Positions 25,901-40,806 of a DNA stretch of 64,000 nucleotides are shown piece after piece. Below the pieces are notes generated by a model. It had not been told where the DNA came from, ran no database searches, and saw nothing but the letters and a program-made list of their open reading frames with translations. How positions within the stretch are numbered: position 1 is the stretch's first letter; each line of letters opens with the position of its first letter. The stretch is from Yuukianura sp. NJ FZ-2021 (taxonomy: Eukaryota), in the NCBI GenBank assembly GCA_046563655.1, contig CM102285.1, positions 3,534,001-3,598,000 on the forward strand. Direction: 5' to 3'. The position numbers and the translations under genes are program-made.

Positions 25901-28900
25901 GATTAGAGTTAAGTTAAGTATTAGGTGTTAAATTTATTAAGTCTAAACTCATCTAGGTCAAATGGAAAGTTTCACCGGAAAATTACACATAAACGAAGGT
26001 GTAACTTAATCCGAATTTTGGAAAGTAATATTTACACTTCCCGACTGGTTGGATTTCAGCGTCCTTTTGTTGATTTAAGAACTTCCATTTATGCAGATGA
26101 GGTTGAGTCACCCTTAACCAAACCGGATGACGCAACTAGGTCACCGTGAATGATGACCTGGACGGTGTTAATAAACTAACTTAACCAAAACCTAAACATA
26201 GCCTAACCTCTTTTGAACAGTTGACGTTGACTAATATTAAGCAATCCTGTTCCTATTTCTTACCTTCTAAAACATCTTGTCCAAAGGGAATCTAGTTCAT
26301 CATAGTCCCTGGGCAATTGTTGGAGGAGCTGGAGCATCTTCTTTTGATCATTTCAAGTGAGCCGTATAAGTTAAGTTGAGGCTGCCTGAAGGGTCCCGGA
26401 GCCCTTCGTCTTGATTGTCGAGAGCACTTGAAGCCTTCGCTGGACCCTACATGCATACTAATCACACATGAATCTGGTTGAAGATGTACAAGGAAGGGTT
26501 ACATCACATCTTGAGACGTCTTAGAGCTTTGGACCAGTCTTTTCTTCCTATTATTACGGTTCCATTGTCTTCGCTTGTGTTTTGAGGATTATTTATTACT
26601 CAAACCATCTGCTCTAGTCGTTTCATGGATATCCACGAGGCATCATCAAACCTTTACGAGTCAATAACCTAACCGTAACCTAATTTTTTGGTTCTGTTCG
26701 GCGTATTGGTCAGTCTAGCCTAATCTAAGCCTAACCTGGTCAGTCACAAAGGCATCACAATCTGCCTTTCTCGGTCAAATATAACCTAACAAAGGTTCTA
26801 TCAGGAAAATCTAATTCAAAACTAGCGACAGCAAGGTGTGAAATGCAACGCCGATAGTTATCAACACAAAAGAATTCTAAGATAAAAAATTTCGGAAGTG
26901 TAACTTTTTTTTTTCTAAAGTCGGGTTTTACTCTAGATGAATTCGAGATAGCGGCGTGAAGATATAAGTACAAAGTTCTTATTTTCTCAGGTTTAAGTGC
27001 TACTTTTTGTTAGAAGCAAAGTTCGTTGCAGGAGAAAGTGAAAGTTGGTGTTCAATAACTTCTGTGCGTCGTGCAGTCTGGGACTCCATTTGCGATGTAA
27101 TTTTCGGATGACACCGTGCGTAGAATATCCTATAACACTACACTTTCCATTTTAAAATGCTTTCCTTCTGCTATGTTGTGGGCGGAGGAGACATTGACAT
27201 TCGTCGAAGGTTCAGAGAAAGGGGCTGGGCCACGATGTACTCTACTGTATGAGTCAACGTAAGCAAAAAGAAATATAATGCTAAAGGTTGAACCTCAAAG
27301 TGAACCAAACCGTGAAAAATACAAGTCTAAGTTTGTGTTTTTCGAAATATGAAAAATTGACCGGATGCAATTTGACGCCATGGTGTGGGAAATACTAAGA
27401 GAGAGCCGGTAAGCATTGAATGTCTTTGTTTACTTCACGGAAGACTTATTACAAAGCACGTTTTGGACTGATTGACCTCGCCGGAAAAGTCAATTAATAT
27501 AATTAGTTAAACAAAAACTAAAATTATTATGGAGATTTGAGAAATGATCTAAGTTTGGTCAGTGTTTGAATTGCGCAAGGGGGTGAATTCATCATTCCAA
27601 TTACTAACTAGCAATGTTACAAGTATGGACCTAAACAACTTTCAAGGCCCATGACTGCTTTATTGTCAAAAAACTGAAAGGCAGCAATTTGAACTGCGTA
27701 ATTTTATATTGTAGGATTGGTATTCTTTGTTACCTTGTTTTTGAAACAATCAAAAATCGTTGGTGGTCTGTTCAATTTTGAAAGTCGTCACATAAATCTT
27801 TGACTTTTTTCTAATTTGTATTCATTTGTATCATCTCTAAACTATTTCGTTTTTGGATTCAAAAACCCCGAGGCGAATACAAATTTATTGAAATGACTAG
27901 AAACTACTCATCTTTTTTTTTTCTCATGATGCCCAAAATTTTGAAGTTAAAACAATTCCCACTGCTCCAACTAAAATGAACTTACATGTTTCACTAAAAG
28001 AATGAAAATTTTGGAAGCGGTTTTAGACGATGTACATTTGTCACAAAATCATGTTGATATTGACGTAGTTAGCGAAACTAAAATATTTTGCAGATATAAA
28101 AATAAAATATTTTTGAGCGTTCACTGTATAAATTTTGTTCTTAAATTCAAAAGTCGCAAACTACAAGTTTGTCTTTTTGTGTAAAAATGATGAACCAAGA
28201 GAAGACATTAGAAAGGCAAGTGTAGGGATGAGACACTTTATGAATTTGTAATGACTCGAAATTTGTTTCTTGATGAGACCAGTATTCAAAGCGAGCCTTG
28301 AGTGCATAACATAGTATGCCCCTTCCCAAGATGGATTTGGATTATTTCGAAAAGGCACAAGGAGAGACGTGCTCTGACTTTTAAATTGGGAATGAGGAAA
28401 TTAGAAATAACGGAAGGAATAAAATTGCTCAAATTTTCCAGAGGGGAGGAAGTAGCTTTTATTGGATGCGGTTTAGAAATGACTTCAAATTAAGTTGCAA
28501 ACAATTTTTAACAATTCAGAGAGTGCTTCAGGGTTTTAATCAACTGCTCGCTTGATATTTTTTGTTCAAACCACAACTTAGCGCCTACCGATAATTTTTT
28601 TCGCCATCATATTTTGACCGATACACTTTAAATACAACTTCAAATTTTCAATGTTAATTGGGTAGTTTGAACGCTTTTTTAATCCTACTTCACAAAGTAG
28701 CACAATTAACTTATTCAACAATTGAAATACCAAGCTGTGCTAAAAATGTGGAAGCGCCTTTTCTATAATAACTTTTTTTTAGTTTTGAATCACAAAGTAT
28801 AAAACATTTTTAGAAACTTTTTGGGCACAGTCTTTCCGTTAATTCCTAAAATATGTTTAAATATTTTTTTGGCATTAATTTATATAATAAACTATATAGA

Positions 28901-31900
28901 AAAAGTGTTTCCGTTACTCAAAATTTAAAAGTAAGAAAGTATAATCTCTAAAAATAACTATCAATATCGGTGCATTTTAAGCCCAATACAAGGAAATGTG
29001 GAAGTATTTCAAAAGTTGCAGATCGAGCTTGAACGCTTGAAAGATCTTAGAATGTGGGAACAGTAAAATTAAAAAGTCAATTTTTATTTTCCTATAAAAT
29101 GAGAATTGAGCGGTAAACTTATGTGTAGCCATCTGCGTGCAATTTGAAGATTATGCTGTTGGAAATGTTTAAGTGAGTTTTCCCAGACACATACATCAGC
29201 TGCAGCAGCAGCAGCCGTCAGTGTATCTTTTCAAGAAAAATTAAGGTTTGATTGTAATTGCAATTACAGGAATCAACCCCAGCGTGCTACGTGATTTGAA
29301 TTGTTCTTCCGTCATTACGACGCACACCTTGATTCCATCCGCAGGGAACTTTTTCCCTTCATTTTCTTTTCTCTCTCTCTTTCTGAAAAAAAGAACAACA
29401 GGAAATGTTACGACCACATCCACCGGAGTTGTCTCGAAAATACATCGCTTTTCCCGCCAAAATTTGTTGTAAGTTGGAATATGATTGGAGTCATCAAAGG
29501 AAATAATTCTACTTCATCAATCAGAACAACCTAACTTTTCGTATTTTGTAATACATACACGATTCAATAACTGTGTAGTTAATTTTTTTTTCGCAAACTA
29601 AAGGAAGACATTTTTGTTCAAAAGATTGATACAAACGTTATTGTGCATGAAGCACATCCGCAGCGGCTTAACATTTTCAATTGAGATTCAAGTTTGAATT
29701 CATTTTACCGGAAAGTCACATTGATTTTTTAAACAAAAAGTGCGATTTGCTGCCTCCATTTGCCTTGAATAAAAATTGTGGCAATTTCAATTGTATGCTT
29801 TTTTCAAGCTAGTTTTTAACGACTACAACAGCACAAATTATACACAAACATATATATTTTTAAAGATATATGGTGTATGTAAACAGTTTGAAATTTAATA
29901 TAATGTATGTACAAAATATGTACGCAATGTATAACTACAAAGAAAACCGAAAATGACTGGTTCCGTGGAATTATGTAGAAGTGGCGTGGAAAAAGCCAGT
30001 CAAGAAGAAAACAATTTCTGAATACAACCGAAATTTATTCTCGACTGCTTGCTACTTTACGTCTTTTGTAACTGCCAAATGGGAATAATTAATTGGGGTT
30101 CCAAGGCTCGTATAATCCCTGGTTTGAGCGCAGGGCAATATAAATTGTCCGTTTCCTTAAGAACAATGGTCATAAGTCCTTTTAGTACTTAGTCTTTGGG
30201 TTTTAAGAGTTGTGTAAGTGGTTAGAAAACTGAAGAATTAATGCTCAAATTTCAAGGGAATTAATATGGGTGATGGGTGTTTGAGGCTCTAGTTTGTGAA
30301 CATGAAATATGAGGGGCTATTAAACTCAGGTCCACTTCCTCCTACTAAAAGTCGTGACTTTAGACAGAGTTCAGCGCCATGTCGTTCCGGTTCCTGCTCG
30401 ATTTGAAATTCGGTGAGCAGCGGAGGCTTGTCGAACGGTTAGAGAACACAATTTTTCTAACTTTTCGGCGTTTATGCCATTCCGGAATACACCCATTATG
30501 ACTCCGGTTCTTTCTCGGCTTTGCTGCTTGTAGTCATGGAGCTGAAGTGCTGCACAAGTGATGAAGTAGAAATTGTCGAATAAGAAAAAACCCAGGTCGA
30601 TTCGGAATCATAGTTATTAGTCTAACAAAAGTCGAACAAAGCCAAGGTTCGTAAACAAAGGAAAATTTTTTTTTCTATGCCAGGTTGTCCAATAACTGGA
30701 AGTTTTAAAAATTGAGTGAAAAAAAATCTGCTTGTCTATGGTAATTTTCTGCATGTAATGTAAATGGGATTGGTGCAGAAATTTGTTTGAAGTAAGATGT
30801 TTGGAAACACGGAGGCATTGGACAACCTGTTGTAGGAAATATAATTTGTGGTATTTGGTTGTCAAGGAACCTTGAACGACGCCTTTTTAGAAATGTATTA
30901 TGTAATTTTATTAGGTAAAATGATGTGGGAGAAATCTAGCTAGCACCAATAAAAGCTAACGAAATGATGTAATGAGAAGTTTCTTTTCCGGCTAATTTCA
31001 AAAATGCAGGCACTTAGCACCTTTTTTCTGGTCTTTTTTGTTCCTAAGTTGATTGCTTTTATTGGTGTTTTTGAAATGGTTTTTAAAATCCTATTTTCTC
31101 AAAAGTAGCCGCAAAAGCGAGTCGACGCTTCTCGGACCACCTTTTTCTTAAAAAATTTAAATCGGTCAACCAACAGCCAAACCGGGGCGTACCAATTTAT
31201 TTGAAAAGTGCGCGACTCTGAATTTGCCCTGAAAATTTTGAATTTTAAGTTCAAGTTTTGAGAGTCTAACTTTTTGAAAGATTCCGGTTTGAGAAAGTTA
31301 AGTGATTAATTGAGTCTAGCTGCAACTGCGTTAACCAAACACGAGAACCTAATTCAAAAATTAGCTCACATTGCCTACTTCCGTCGTTCCTCCAAGATTG
31401 AGTGGTGATTTTGAACAGGTCCACGGAGATGGTTATCTTTTTTTGAAAACAACTTTTAGTAGAAGGAGGAGAATTAATTTATTATGCTTCATTTTACGCT
31501 TGTCAGGAGCACTTTTCAGAGGAAATTACAAACGCCTTTTTAGTTCCCTCCTAAATTAAAAAATGGAAACAGGAAACCCATTGAGGAAAAAAAACGACCA
31601 AGTTTTCGCTTTCACTCAATTAGAAATTAGGAAAGAAATTAAAGTTTTCTTGGTTTTCAAAGTCTCGTTTTGATTCTTCTAAAAAAAACTTGAAAAACCA
31701 AAACGAGGTTCTAAAGCCAAAAAGCACAAGGCAGAGGGAAGCAGAAAATGAGTAAAAATTAAATGGGAAATGAAAGGCTTTAGGGGATAATTTGAATCAG
31801 TGAATGCTTCATGTCACACATTTACAAAAGAGCTTTTTGAAATTTTTTTTGCCTTTTTTTTTCCAAAAAAAGTTCGATTCCATTTTGTAATTATATTGGT

Positions 31901-34900
31901 GAGGCTTTATAACTCCGCTGCCTTTGCAGCTTTTCTCGCTGCTCCAGGGAGCTTTCCCTTTTTCTGCTTCTAGGAAGATAATAAATTGAGAATGGAAATA
32001 GAATTTAGGTATTCCAGAAGCCTTTTCTAAAAAAAATTCTAAGAATCTTAAGATCTCTTTTCCCAGCTTTCACTTTCATGGAAAATCAAGTAGAAAAAAC
32101 GAAACTATATAGTAAAAGGGAAGTTTTTTTCCTCCTTCTGCATTTTTGAAGCTTCCTCTATCGTTCGTGTTTTTATTAGATTAGAAATCCACTGTCGTCT
32201 TCCACTTTCACTTTCCATTCCATCATTTCCGTTTTCTCATTTTCCGCTCCCGCCTTCTAACATTTTTTTCTTAAATTTTTTCTTAGAATTTCTTTCCTCT
32301 ACTAAGAGTTCTTAAGAAGACTTTCTCTTTCCCTCGAAGGCTTGTGAAGAAAATGGGAAAATTTATTTCGAAACTCATTTTCATTTTCTACTCTTATTAC
32401 TGCATTTGGTGCTCGTATGTGTTTGGCCTTGTAACCAGACACTTCTGGACGGTAACTTATGGACCAACACGTCGAAATCACAACCACAAGAAATCTAGTA
32501 ATGAATATTTTTGCTTAGGTTTTGTTAAATTACATTTGTCATAACTTTTTTGCCTTATATTGTCTGCTTATGAAAACGCACATTCAGATCTGACCGTTCA
32601 AAAGTGTACAGAAATGCAATTTACTTCTTTCTCCATGTGGAGACTTTGCGAAGGATTTTCTGGAAAAAAGAGAAAAGACACGTTCGGATCAAGTGACTTT
32701 TCTTTTATTTTCAAGTTTCCACTTTCCTTTTTTCCCTTGATTCATTATGCCAAACGGAATGTCTCTTCCAGAATTTCAAATTATCCGCCAGCCCAATCCA
32801 ATGGAAATGAAAAGATGAAAGGCTGAAAAAGGCTAGGCAGAATCAAAACAAATTGGAATCGGGGAAAGTTCAGCCAAATGCTTTCTTTCCTTTCTGGGTT
32901 TTCTCTCATTATCGTGACTTTAAGAAACGGCAAGGAAGTGGTAAATACTAACTAAAACCAAATAGAAAGAAAACACAAAGCCAAAACATTTTGTAAGGTT
33001 TCAAAATAAAGTCACAACGTCGCTAGTGAAGATCTTTTGTAGCTGACTTTTTCCAACTCCCATACTACTTTTTTATTTTTAAATCAAAACCTTGTGTTAA
33101 AACAATTTAAGTCTTAACCAATTCAATTTAAATGTTCAGGTTCAAAACTCCAACAGATTGATTCGAATTTTGTTTTGTTTAATGCTGTCCAAAAATTTTG
33201 TTTTGCCTAATTTCATGTCAAAACATGTTGAAAAATAATTGCAATTTTGTAGTGCGCTGGGTAATATTCAATTGGATTTTGATTTTGAGGAACTTGAGTC
33301 TCCCCTTGCCTGGCGTACCGCTGTGAAGTGAAATATAGCGTATTTTCCGTTGACAAAGGAGGGTTTGTCAAAACCGTTATTTCCAATTTATCCAATCAGG
33401 AACAAGGATCGACTTCAAATAGGAATAAGTCTACCAATCGCACATTTTTTTTAAATTTCAAACACCCGGAAATCCAAAAACCTAGCCCTTGTTGCCAGCG
33501 TTTTACGCAAATCAGATTAAAGCTACTGCACTAATACGCACATCTTTAATATGAATTTCTAAAATAAGCGAGTGAAACACAAATATATTTTTATAAAAAA
33601 ACACGGCGAATGAAAGGTTGCCCAACTTTTAAACTTTTATTCTTTTTTTTTTTCACAAGCTATAGCTATTAGTAATATAATTTATGGTAATGCAGTAGCC
33701 ATTCACACCAGCTACAAAGACCATCAAAAGTGGAAATTTGAAAATTTGCAAAGCAATGTCTATAAGCATTGTTAGGGTACACAACTCTTCCTCCGGATGC
33801 TTTTTGAAGCTCGCTACTTTTACCTAGATTACTTTTTCTAGATGAAAATAATGTGTTGAACATTTTTCTAACCAAAGTGAAAGAAGGAAAAAACTCTAGT
33901 TAGACAAAAGCCGGTTAGGTTGAAGAGTTAGAAGTTAGAAAAATGAATCATATTGTTCCCCTCCAGTCCATTTGGCGTGTCTTTTGTATTGATCGACGGG
34001 GGAAATGGGTAGGGAGTGGAGAAAGAAGTGGAGTGGCTGCTGTATCCTCCATGCTGCCTTTCTCCCTCCTTTCACTTCAACGGTGGGTTGGATCAAACCA
34101 ACTCCACCGAGTTAAGGAAATTGAAAAAAACTGAAAAATCAAGCGTCGTTGCTCCAGCCAGCACAACTTCAAAGTCACTTTCTGTTCTTAGTTCCAGCTT
34201 CAGACCCACCGGTAGTAGACCTCCATTCTGTATAACAGCAGAAGCAGACTAAAAACGTAACACAAGTTTACGGTTCTGTCAACTTTCGTCTTCATCTCTC
34301 TTCCAAACTTTTTCCCAAACACAGGTAACGTAACAATTTTAATGCACTTTTTCGGACTCCATGGTTGGTATAAGCCTTATTCAAAATTTGTATTTTCCAA
34401 AACCAAATTCCATACCTTGCTGAAAAGCAAACTTCATAAAACTTTGAAACTTTTTATTTGAACAAGCAGCTCAAAAACAGGCTTAAATAACACCTTTGCC
34501 AAAAAATTTTGAGAGCAAAAAGGTTTTGGCTAGCAAAAAGTGATAATATTTGGAACCTGTCCTAATCCCAAGGGAAAAATTGTAAAAAGAATTTTGACCA
34601 GAAACTTTTGTTAAATTAACCAAATTATTTAAATTATTTTAAACTATCCAAGGAATGAACAACTTTTAAAAGAAATAATTTCATATAATTATGTCTTTAC
34701 AATACTTCCAGTAATTAACGTTAAATAAAGATCCGTGGTTATTAAACATGGAAATGGATCGATCAATTCAAAACTGTTTCAAAATTTCAAACTTCAGAAT
34801 GAAGAAAGGAATTGCTCCACTTCGAATAATTTCTGTAAACTGAAGTTAAAAACGCAAAGTAATTAAGGTGTACGAACACCCTGGAAACGGGGGGTCAAAA

Positions 34901-34920
34901 TGGGGCTGTAACTCGTCAAA

Positions 34921-35202
34921 TGAAAAATGGTCTGGATCAGAGTAGGATGGTCGTAGAATGACCCACAATATATCAAACTTTAGAAAAAGACTTGACCTAG
35001 TATCCTGTTGAAAAAAAATTACAAAATTTTAGTTCTATCTATGTAAATATGGAGGTGAAATGTTTGGGTCAAATTTTTTCACAGTTAGAACTAAAATTTT
35101 GTAATTTTTTTTCAACAGGATACTAGATCAGGTCTTTTCCTAAAGTTTGATATATTGTGGGTCATTGTACGACCTTTCTACGCTGATCCCCACGATTTTT
35201 CA
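34921..35202. repeat. Long imperfect palindrome (~117-bp arms, ~48-nt spacer), probably inside a TTAA-flanked element (34867-35440)
   Basis: 34921-35037 is the reverse complement of 35086-35202 with about 10 mismatches. TTAA-GG at 34863 and CC-TTAA ending at 35444 are candidate outer ends. Confidence 0.8.
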
Positions 35203-38200
35203 TTTTCAATGTCGCAGTTTCAGAAAACGTATTTACAAAACCCAAACGACGGCAACCGAACTTGAGTCAGTATTTTGTTTGTTTGAAAGTTCATACTTGT
35301 TTGACCATCTTTGCACTGATCGTTTTTCAGATGAGTGTTTCTTTTTGTCGATGTCTGCAACTTTTACTAACTACACAAGTTCGGTTATCGTGGTAACTAA
35401 ATTTAACAACTGCTGTTAATTAGACGCATAGCACACGTCCTTAAGCTCCAAAAAAGGTTTTTATTTTCAATAAAAAATTTATGTTAATTCGAAATGACAA
35501 TTTACAAGACAAACCAAGTATTGAAACTATGTGTTTTTCTGGAAACTTTAAGCATTTGAAAATTGTTGAATTCTTTGAATGTCACGTATTGAAAATTCTT
35601 GATACTAGAAATTGTAAAGTTTCCGATTTGATTTGCAAGAGGTCTCCGATGATTCAAAAATAGGAGGCTGGATGCAGATGCAAAAGAGGGGAAGAGTAAG
35701 ATCAGTTCTCGGAGGGTATTTGAACCGAACCGAAGGTTCGGTCGTTAAATGCAAAAAAAAAATCCGGAGATTTTTTGTCGTAACCCGCTTTCTTCCCCTT
35801 AGATAGCGTTCAAAGCGGCAGCTAACACGATTCGGAACTTCGGATTTTTACGGAGAGCTTTAAAAAATACATTCTGAAAAAGAAAGTTGGATGGAGTTGG
35901 TAGCGCACAACCGCCGTTTCTGAAACTTACCAAACTAAACTCAACTTATCATGCTTAGCTCTCCACACAATTCACATTTACTAAAATGGATCTAAAGTAA
36001 ATGTGAATCGTCAATAACAATAGAAAGTAGTAAAAAATTCTTGAATGAAAGTTTTTAAAAATTAGCCGAGTTTTAAGTTCAGAACAAATGCTGAGCTCTT
36101 CAAGCTTAAAGTTTTCGAACTTTGGAATTTCTTGCAAATTGTTATGGGTAAAATTAATTCCTTTTCCTAGTGACTCAGTCGCAGGTTGAGGCAGAAGTTT
36201 TGTCATGTTTAAGAATTGAGAGAACACTGTGGGTGTTTGTGTAGATTGGAATCAGGGGGAAGGTGAGTGAAGTAGGTAATTGGATTTTGAATTAGACAAT
36301 TCCGAGTAGTTAATAGTAATTGTTAGGGTAGGTTCCATCTCCTGGCATTGGAAATTAGAAAGTAGAATGATTCCTCTGTTGTGCTTTCAAAACTTGTGAG
36401 GAAGAAGACATCCTCGTAGATACGGATCTCTTACCTCCAAGTAAATTGACTTTTCATTGGGAAAACCCTGGAACCAAGTGTAAACGTGATAATAATCCGC
36501 CTTCAACATTATTTTTAATGGGAACAAAAACCCGGGTAGCAGGGCGTACTACCTTTTAATAATTCTCCCCTCCTAACACTCCCTTGCTTAGTGCCATATG
36601 TTGAGCTACGGAGTACTGCACAGTTGCAACTATAAAAATTGAAATAACTTAACAAGCATAAATTTCATGCAAAATTTAAAAAAACGAAGAAAGAATAATT
36701 TGTTTTTGGATTTTTTCATGAAACCAAAAATTCGACGCGTATGTAAACGCAATGCTCCACCTTGTAAGAATGGCTTTACTAAAACTCAGCTGAGAACAAA
36801 AGGTCGATGACCTCTAACCTTCACTGCGCTTTCTCCTCTGGCTGTAGCTTGGAAGATTGCAATAAAAAAACGGTGGATTTTTGAAACATTCAAGAATTTT
36901 GAAAACAGTGGTAAAAAGAAAAAGAAACATTTTGAAAACTTCAATTTGAAAAACTGATATGACAAACGCAGTAAAGATTAAGGGACGATAATGTTGTAGG
37001 GCTGAATTGACGTGTTGACATTTAAAAAAGAAAATTACGACTTCTTTTAAACAAAATTCGACAATGTGCTAAACTTGTAGTACAATAAAAATGTTTGTGG
37101 TTTATTAAAAACGGTATTGGAAATAAAGTTGTCCTTTTGCTAGAGGAAAATCGAAAGAAAGTTTTGTCAATTTGGACTTTTTGTGGAGCGTTTTGAGTCT
37201 GGAGGGATTTGTTTTCCAAGGGAATTTATTAGGATGAGAGCCTTTCACTGCGAATGGAGTTGAATAATGCCTCGATAGAAGCCGACTCAGCACAATAACT
37301 CAACATCTATTTGGTCAACCACTAAATCATTAAAACCAAATTATTTTGCATGCAATGAATATTGTGGAATAGAAAAATTGTTCCAAAACAAATTAGAGCA
37401 ATTGTGGTAGAGGCAGATCATTTATTGAAACAATTCTTGTTGAGGTAAATCATTTCAACCAATTTCAAGTACGCGCCTTGCAAGTTTAATTACAGTTGGT
37501 TTGTTATGTTTGTGTAGCTTAAAAAAGTTTTATATTTGTACAATTTCTTGTTTGTATGTTCCTTATTGCTTAAAACATTAATTTCGAACATGACTTATAT
37601 GAATTTTTTACATGTTTGTATCGAACAAATGGTAATTGAACTAATCACACACCCTCTTACTCCTTCAATAACCACGAAGCATTTACTCAATTTCTCCAAT
37701 ACTTTCTCCGACCGAGTTGCCCATGGAACAGCGATTTTTATCACTATGTCCTCTGAATCTCTCGTCTCCATCTTCCTCATTCCCATAAAGCCTTTCTTTT
37801 TGCCTATTCCTACCAATTCTAGTATGCATAAGCATAGACTTGAATTCTAAACGTATCTCAAACACTCATTCCCTTCCACTCACAATTTGAGCCTTCCCTG
37901 ATTTGTACTCTTGGAATTCTCAACACGATTTATTCATAACATTCCTTCATCAAGATCACACTCTGGAGAAGCCCAATTCACAATTCACTTTTTCCGTAAC
38001 ATGCAAATCCCCCATCGAACAAGGAATATTGCGCAGTGCAATTTTTATCTCCATTCCACTTAGGCATTCAAAAATTAAAAACGCATTTTTCCGTTCTTTG
38101 ACTTACTTTCACTTGCATTCCATAAAATTCAATGTTCAAAAATTTCCAACAAAGTTTAAACACTGAATCTATTCAAAGTTATAATTTTTGTGAATATTTA

Positions 38201-40806
38201 TTTGAATTTTGTTACAAAAATTAACGCGTAGGAAAATTTCACAGAATAAAAAGTTGTTTTTTTGAAAATTTGAAACAATACGGCAGCGCATAACTTATCT
38301 TTACGTTTTTCAGCAAAGGCAAAAGGTATTCGCTTTCGCGAACCCAAATATCAAAATATCCACCAACAAACTTTTTTCTCAGTAGTTGTATGTACAAGTT
38401 AATCTTAGCTTTGTGTATTAAGTTAGGTTTTGTTTGTTTTAACTGTTCCTGGCACCAAGTTATGTTTTGTCAACGTGACCCAATCTAGGGAAAGGCCTTG
38501 CTACTACAGTGCTATGACTACTTTGTGATTTTGATTGGATTTGGTGACTGGAGAGCAGGTAATGTTGACGGAGGGTGATCTCTGTGTCTGTTCGTGTTTT
38601 CGGTGCTTTCTCCTTGCAGTTGAATAAATAAAGTGCACTCAGCTCTGACTGGCTCCTCCGAGGGATATGGGATGTGAATTGTCAAGAAAATCCTTGGATC
38701 TCCACCATTACATTTTCAAGAAAAACGGAAAAATTGCCTCCAAGGCTCTTGTCGGAAGACAGGAAAAGTGTCGCTGTAGGAAAGGTGGAAGTTCTACACG
38801 TTTTGAGTTCCATGCAAAAGTAGGACTGGAAGTATAGGAGAAAGCATAAGCAGTAGGGGAGGAATAGAAATTGAATCCAACGGAACAACTGACATGAGGA
38901 ATAAGAAAATGTTATGTAAATTGTGTATGGCAGAATGGAGAGAGCACGGAGAGTAATGGGAAATCGGAGAGACTCCATGCTCGTTACCATGGTTTCTGCC
39001 AGGAAGTCTTTGATGTGAACTCCTATACTTTTCTTTTGGCGTTTCGACACAAAATGTTTCCAGAAAAATGGTCAGAGATCAATACGAGTTATGGTAAAAA
39101 AAAACGGCAGACATGGCGTCTCACTTTTTAGTAAGTCCTTCCATTTTAGAGGATTCCTAAAAAATGCAATCTTCAAAAAAAAGGAAAACAATTTTTTTTT
39201 TTGCATTAATACGGTTTTGGAAAAAAAGGCTTCAAAATTTGTAAAAATTTGAGGGCTGAAACCTATGTAAAGCAAAATTGAAAAAAAAAATGTTGAGAAA
39301 AAAAAACTCAAATCTAATCTAACTCAAGGGAATACTAAGTAGTCTAAATTTTGAATGAACATGTGTAAGCTTTAATTGAAAGTTGTTAGCGGTTGTAAGA
39401 AAATTGGGGAGGTTTCTTGATAAGCGATTTTTTCAAAAGAAAGGAATTGGAAAGAAAGCTTTCAATTACTCGGAATTGGAATCAGTCTGACTTTGATTTT
39501 GTAAATAATAAAAGCCGTACGAGAAAGTATCCAATTTTCGAAAAGTAATAACTTTTTTCTTTCCAAAAAGAAATGGGTCGGCATAACTTTTCTTTTCATT
39601 TTTTCATATTTTGAAGCAAGTCTTGTTACAAGGTCTATCCTTTCTTCTTATACTTTTGTATGGACTTGATTAAAGTGTAGACAAGACTTAAGAGCTGGAA
39701 AAACGATATTGCTCCCCATTTCTTGTCACTTTTATTGCTTCCTTTTGTTGTGTCTTGAAGAAACGATATTTTCTGGGAAAAAGAAAACATATAGAGAAAC
39801 TGTGGAGAAGGAGATGGAGTAAACTTCTAGCAGTTGGAGCCTTCACAAGTAACCAAGAAAGCCCTTGGCACCAATTATGAAATTGGTTGAAGCTCCACGT
39901 GCAATTTGAGGTCAACGGATACTTCAGAGGTCATAGGTCACCTTACATCAATCTAAAACAAATGAACAAACACAAAGTTAAATTTAGCAGAAATATTTTA
40001 ACACTTGATTGATAAACTAACAATGCTAAAGAAAACAAATTTTTGCAACTGAAAGCTCATCGGAACGAACTTTTATTCTTTGAGCTCAATTTCTTTTTAA
40101 ATCCTTTAGTTGTCTAATCCAAATTTTCTTCGTAACCACGTAATTGTTTGCGTGTTAGAAATTTTCTTTCAATGAAGAGTTCACTCTTTTATTCAAAGTG
40201 CAATGCAAAAGGTATAATTTGGCTTTTTTAACAGATGAAACTTTTTTGGGTTGTTTTGGTGTTAAATCGAAAGTGAGTATGGCTCTCCAAGTCGCTATTA
40301 TCTCAAGAGACTTGAGGAATTTCTCCGCTTTCTCCCACTAATAAGGTTCTCGTGACTCACTTGTAAAGCGCAGGCAGAAGAACATAATCAACGTATCCTT
40401 ACAGCCTCATCTCACTTTTAGCACTTTTCACCCCACTTTGAGCAGATTTTGACAAATCAAGAATGACCTAAACTCAGAAATTTTGACATTTGACCTGTTG
40501 CTGAATCACTTAATCAAAAGATTCGAAAATTGTGTAACTTTTTCTACTTAAAAAAAAACAAAACACTCAATTTCACAGTTTGGATGACTTGTACTCCGAT
40601 TCCTGTCATGGAACCAAATGAGTGAAAGTGAGGATGAAGTTTGAGCTGCGCGGCGGGAAATTCAAATCGCTGCCATGATTTGTGTCTCTGGATTAACGGA
40701 AAGCCGAATACTAATCAAGGGGTGCCGAGATGTATTCCCATGTGACAAAAATTGACAAAAGCGGTTCTCATCTGCATGGAATCAAAGTTCTTTCAAGGTC
40801 TGATGA

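Noticed and set aside
19000-40700. Numerous 60-120 aa ORFs in the track
   Set aside because: Low-complexity F/K/L-rich translations of AT-rich non-coding DNA with no recognisable motifs or consistent exon structure.
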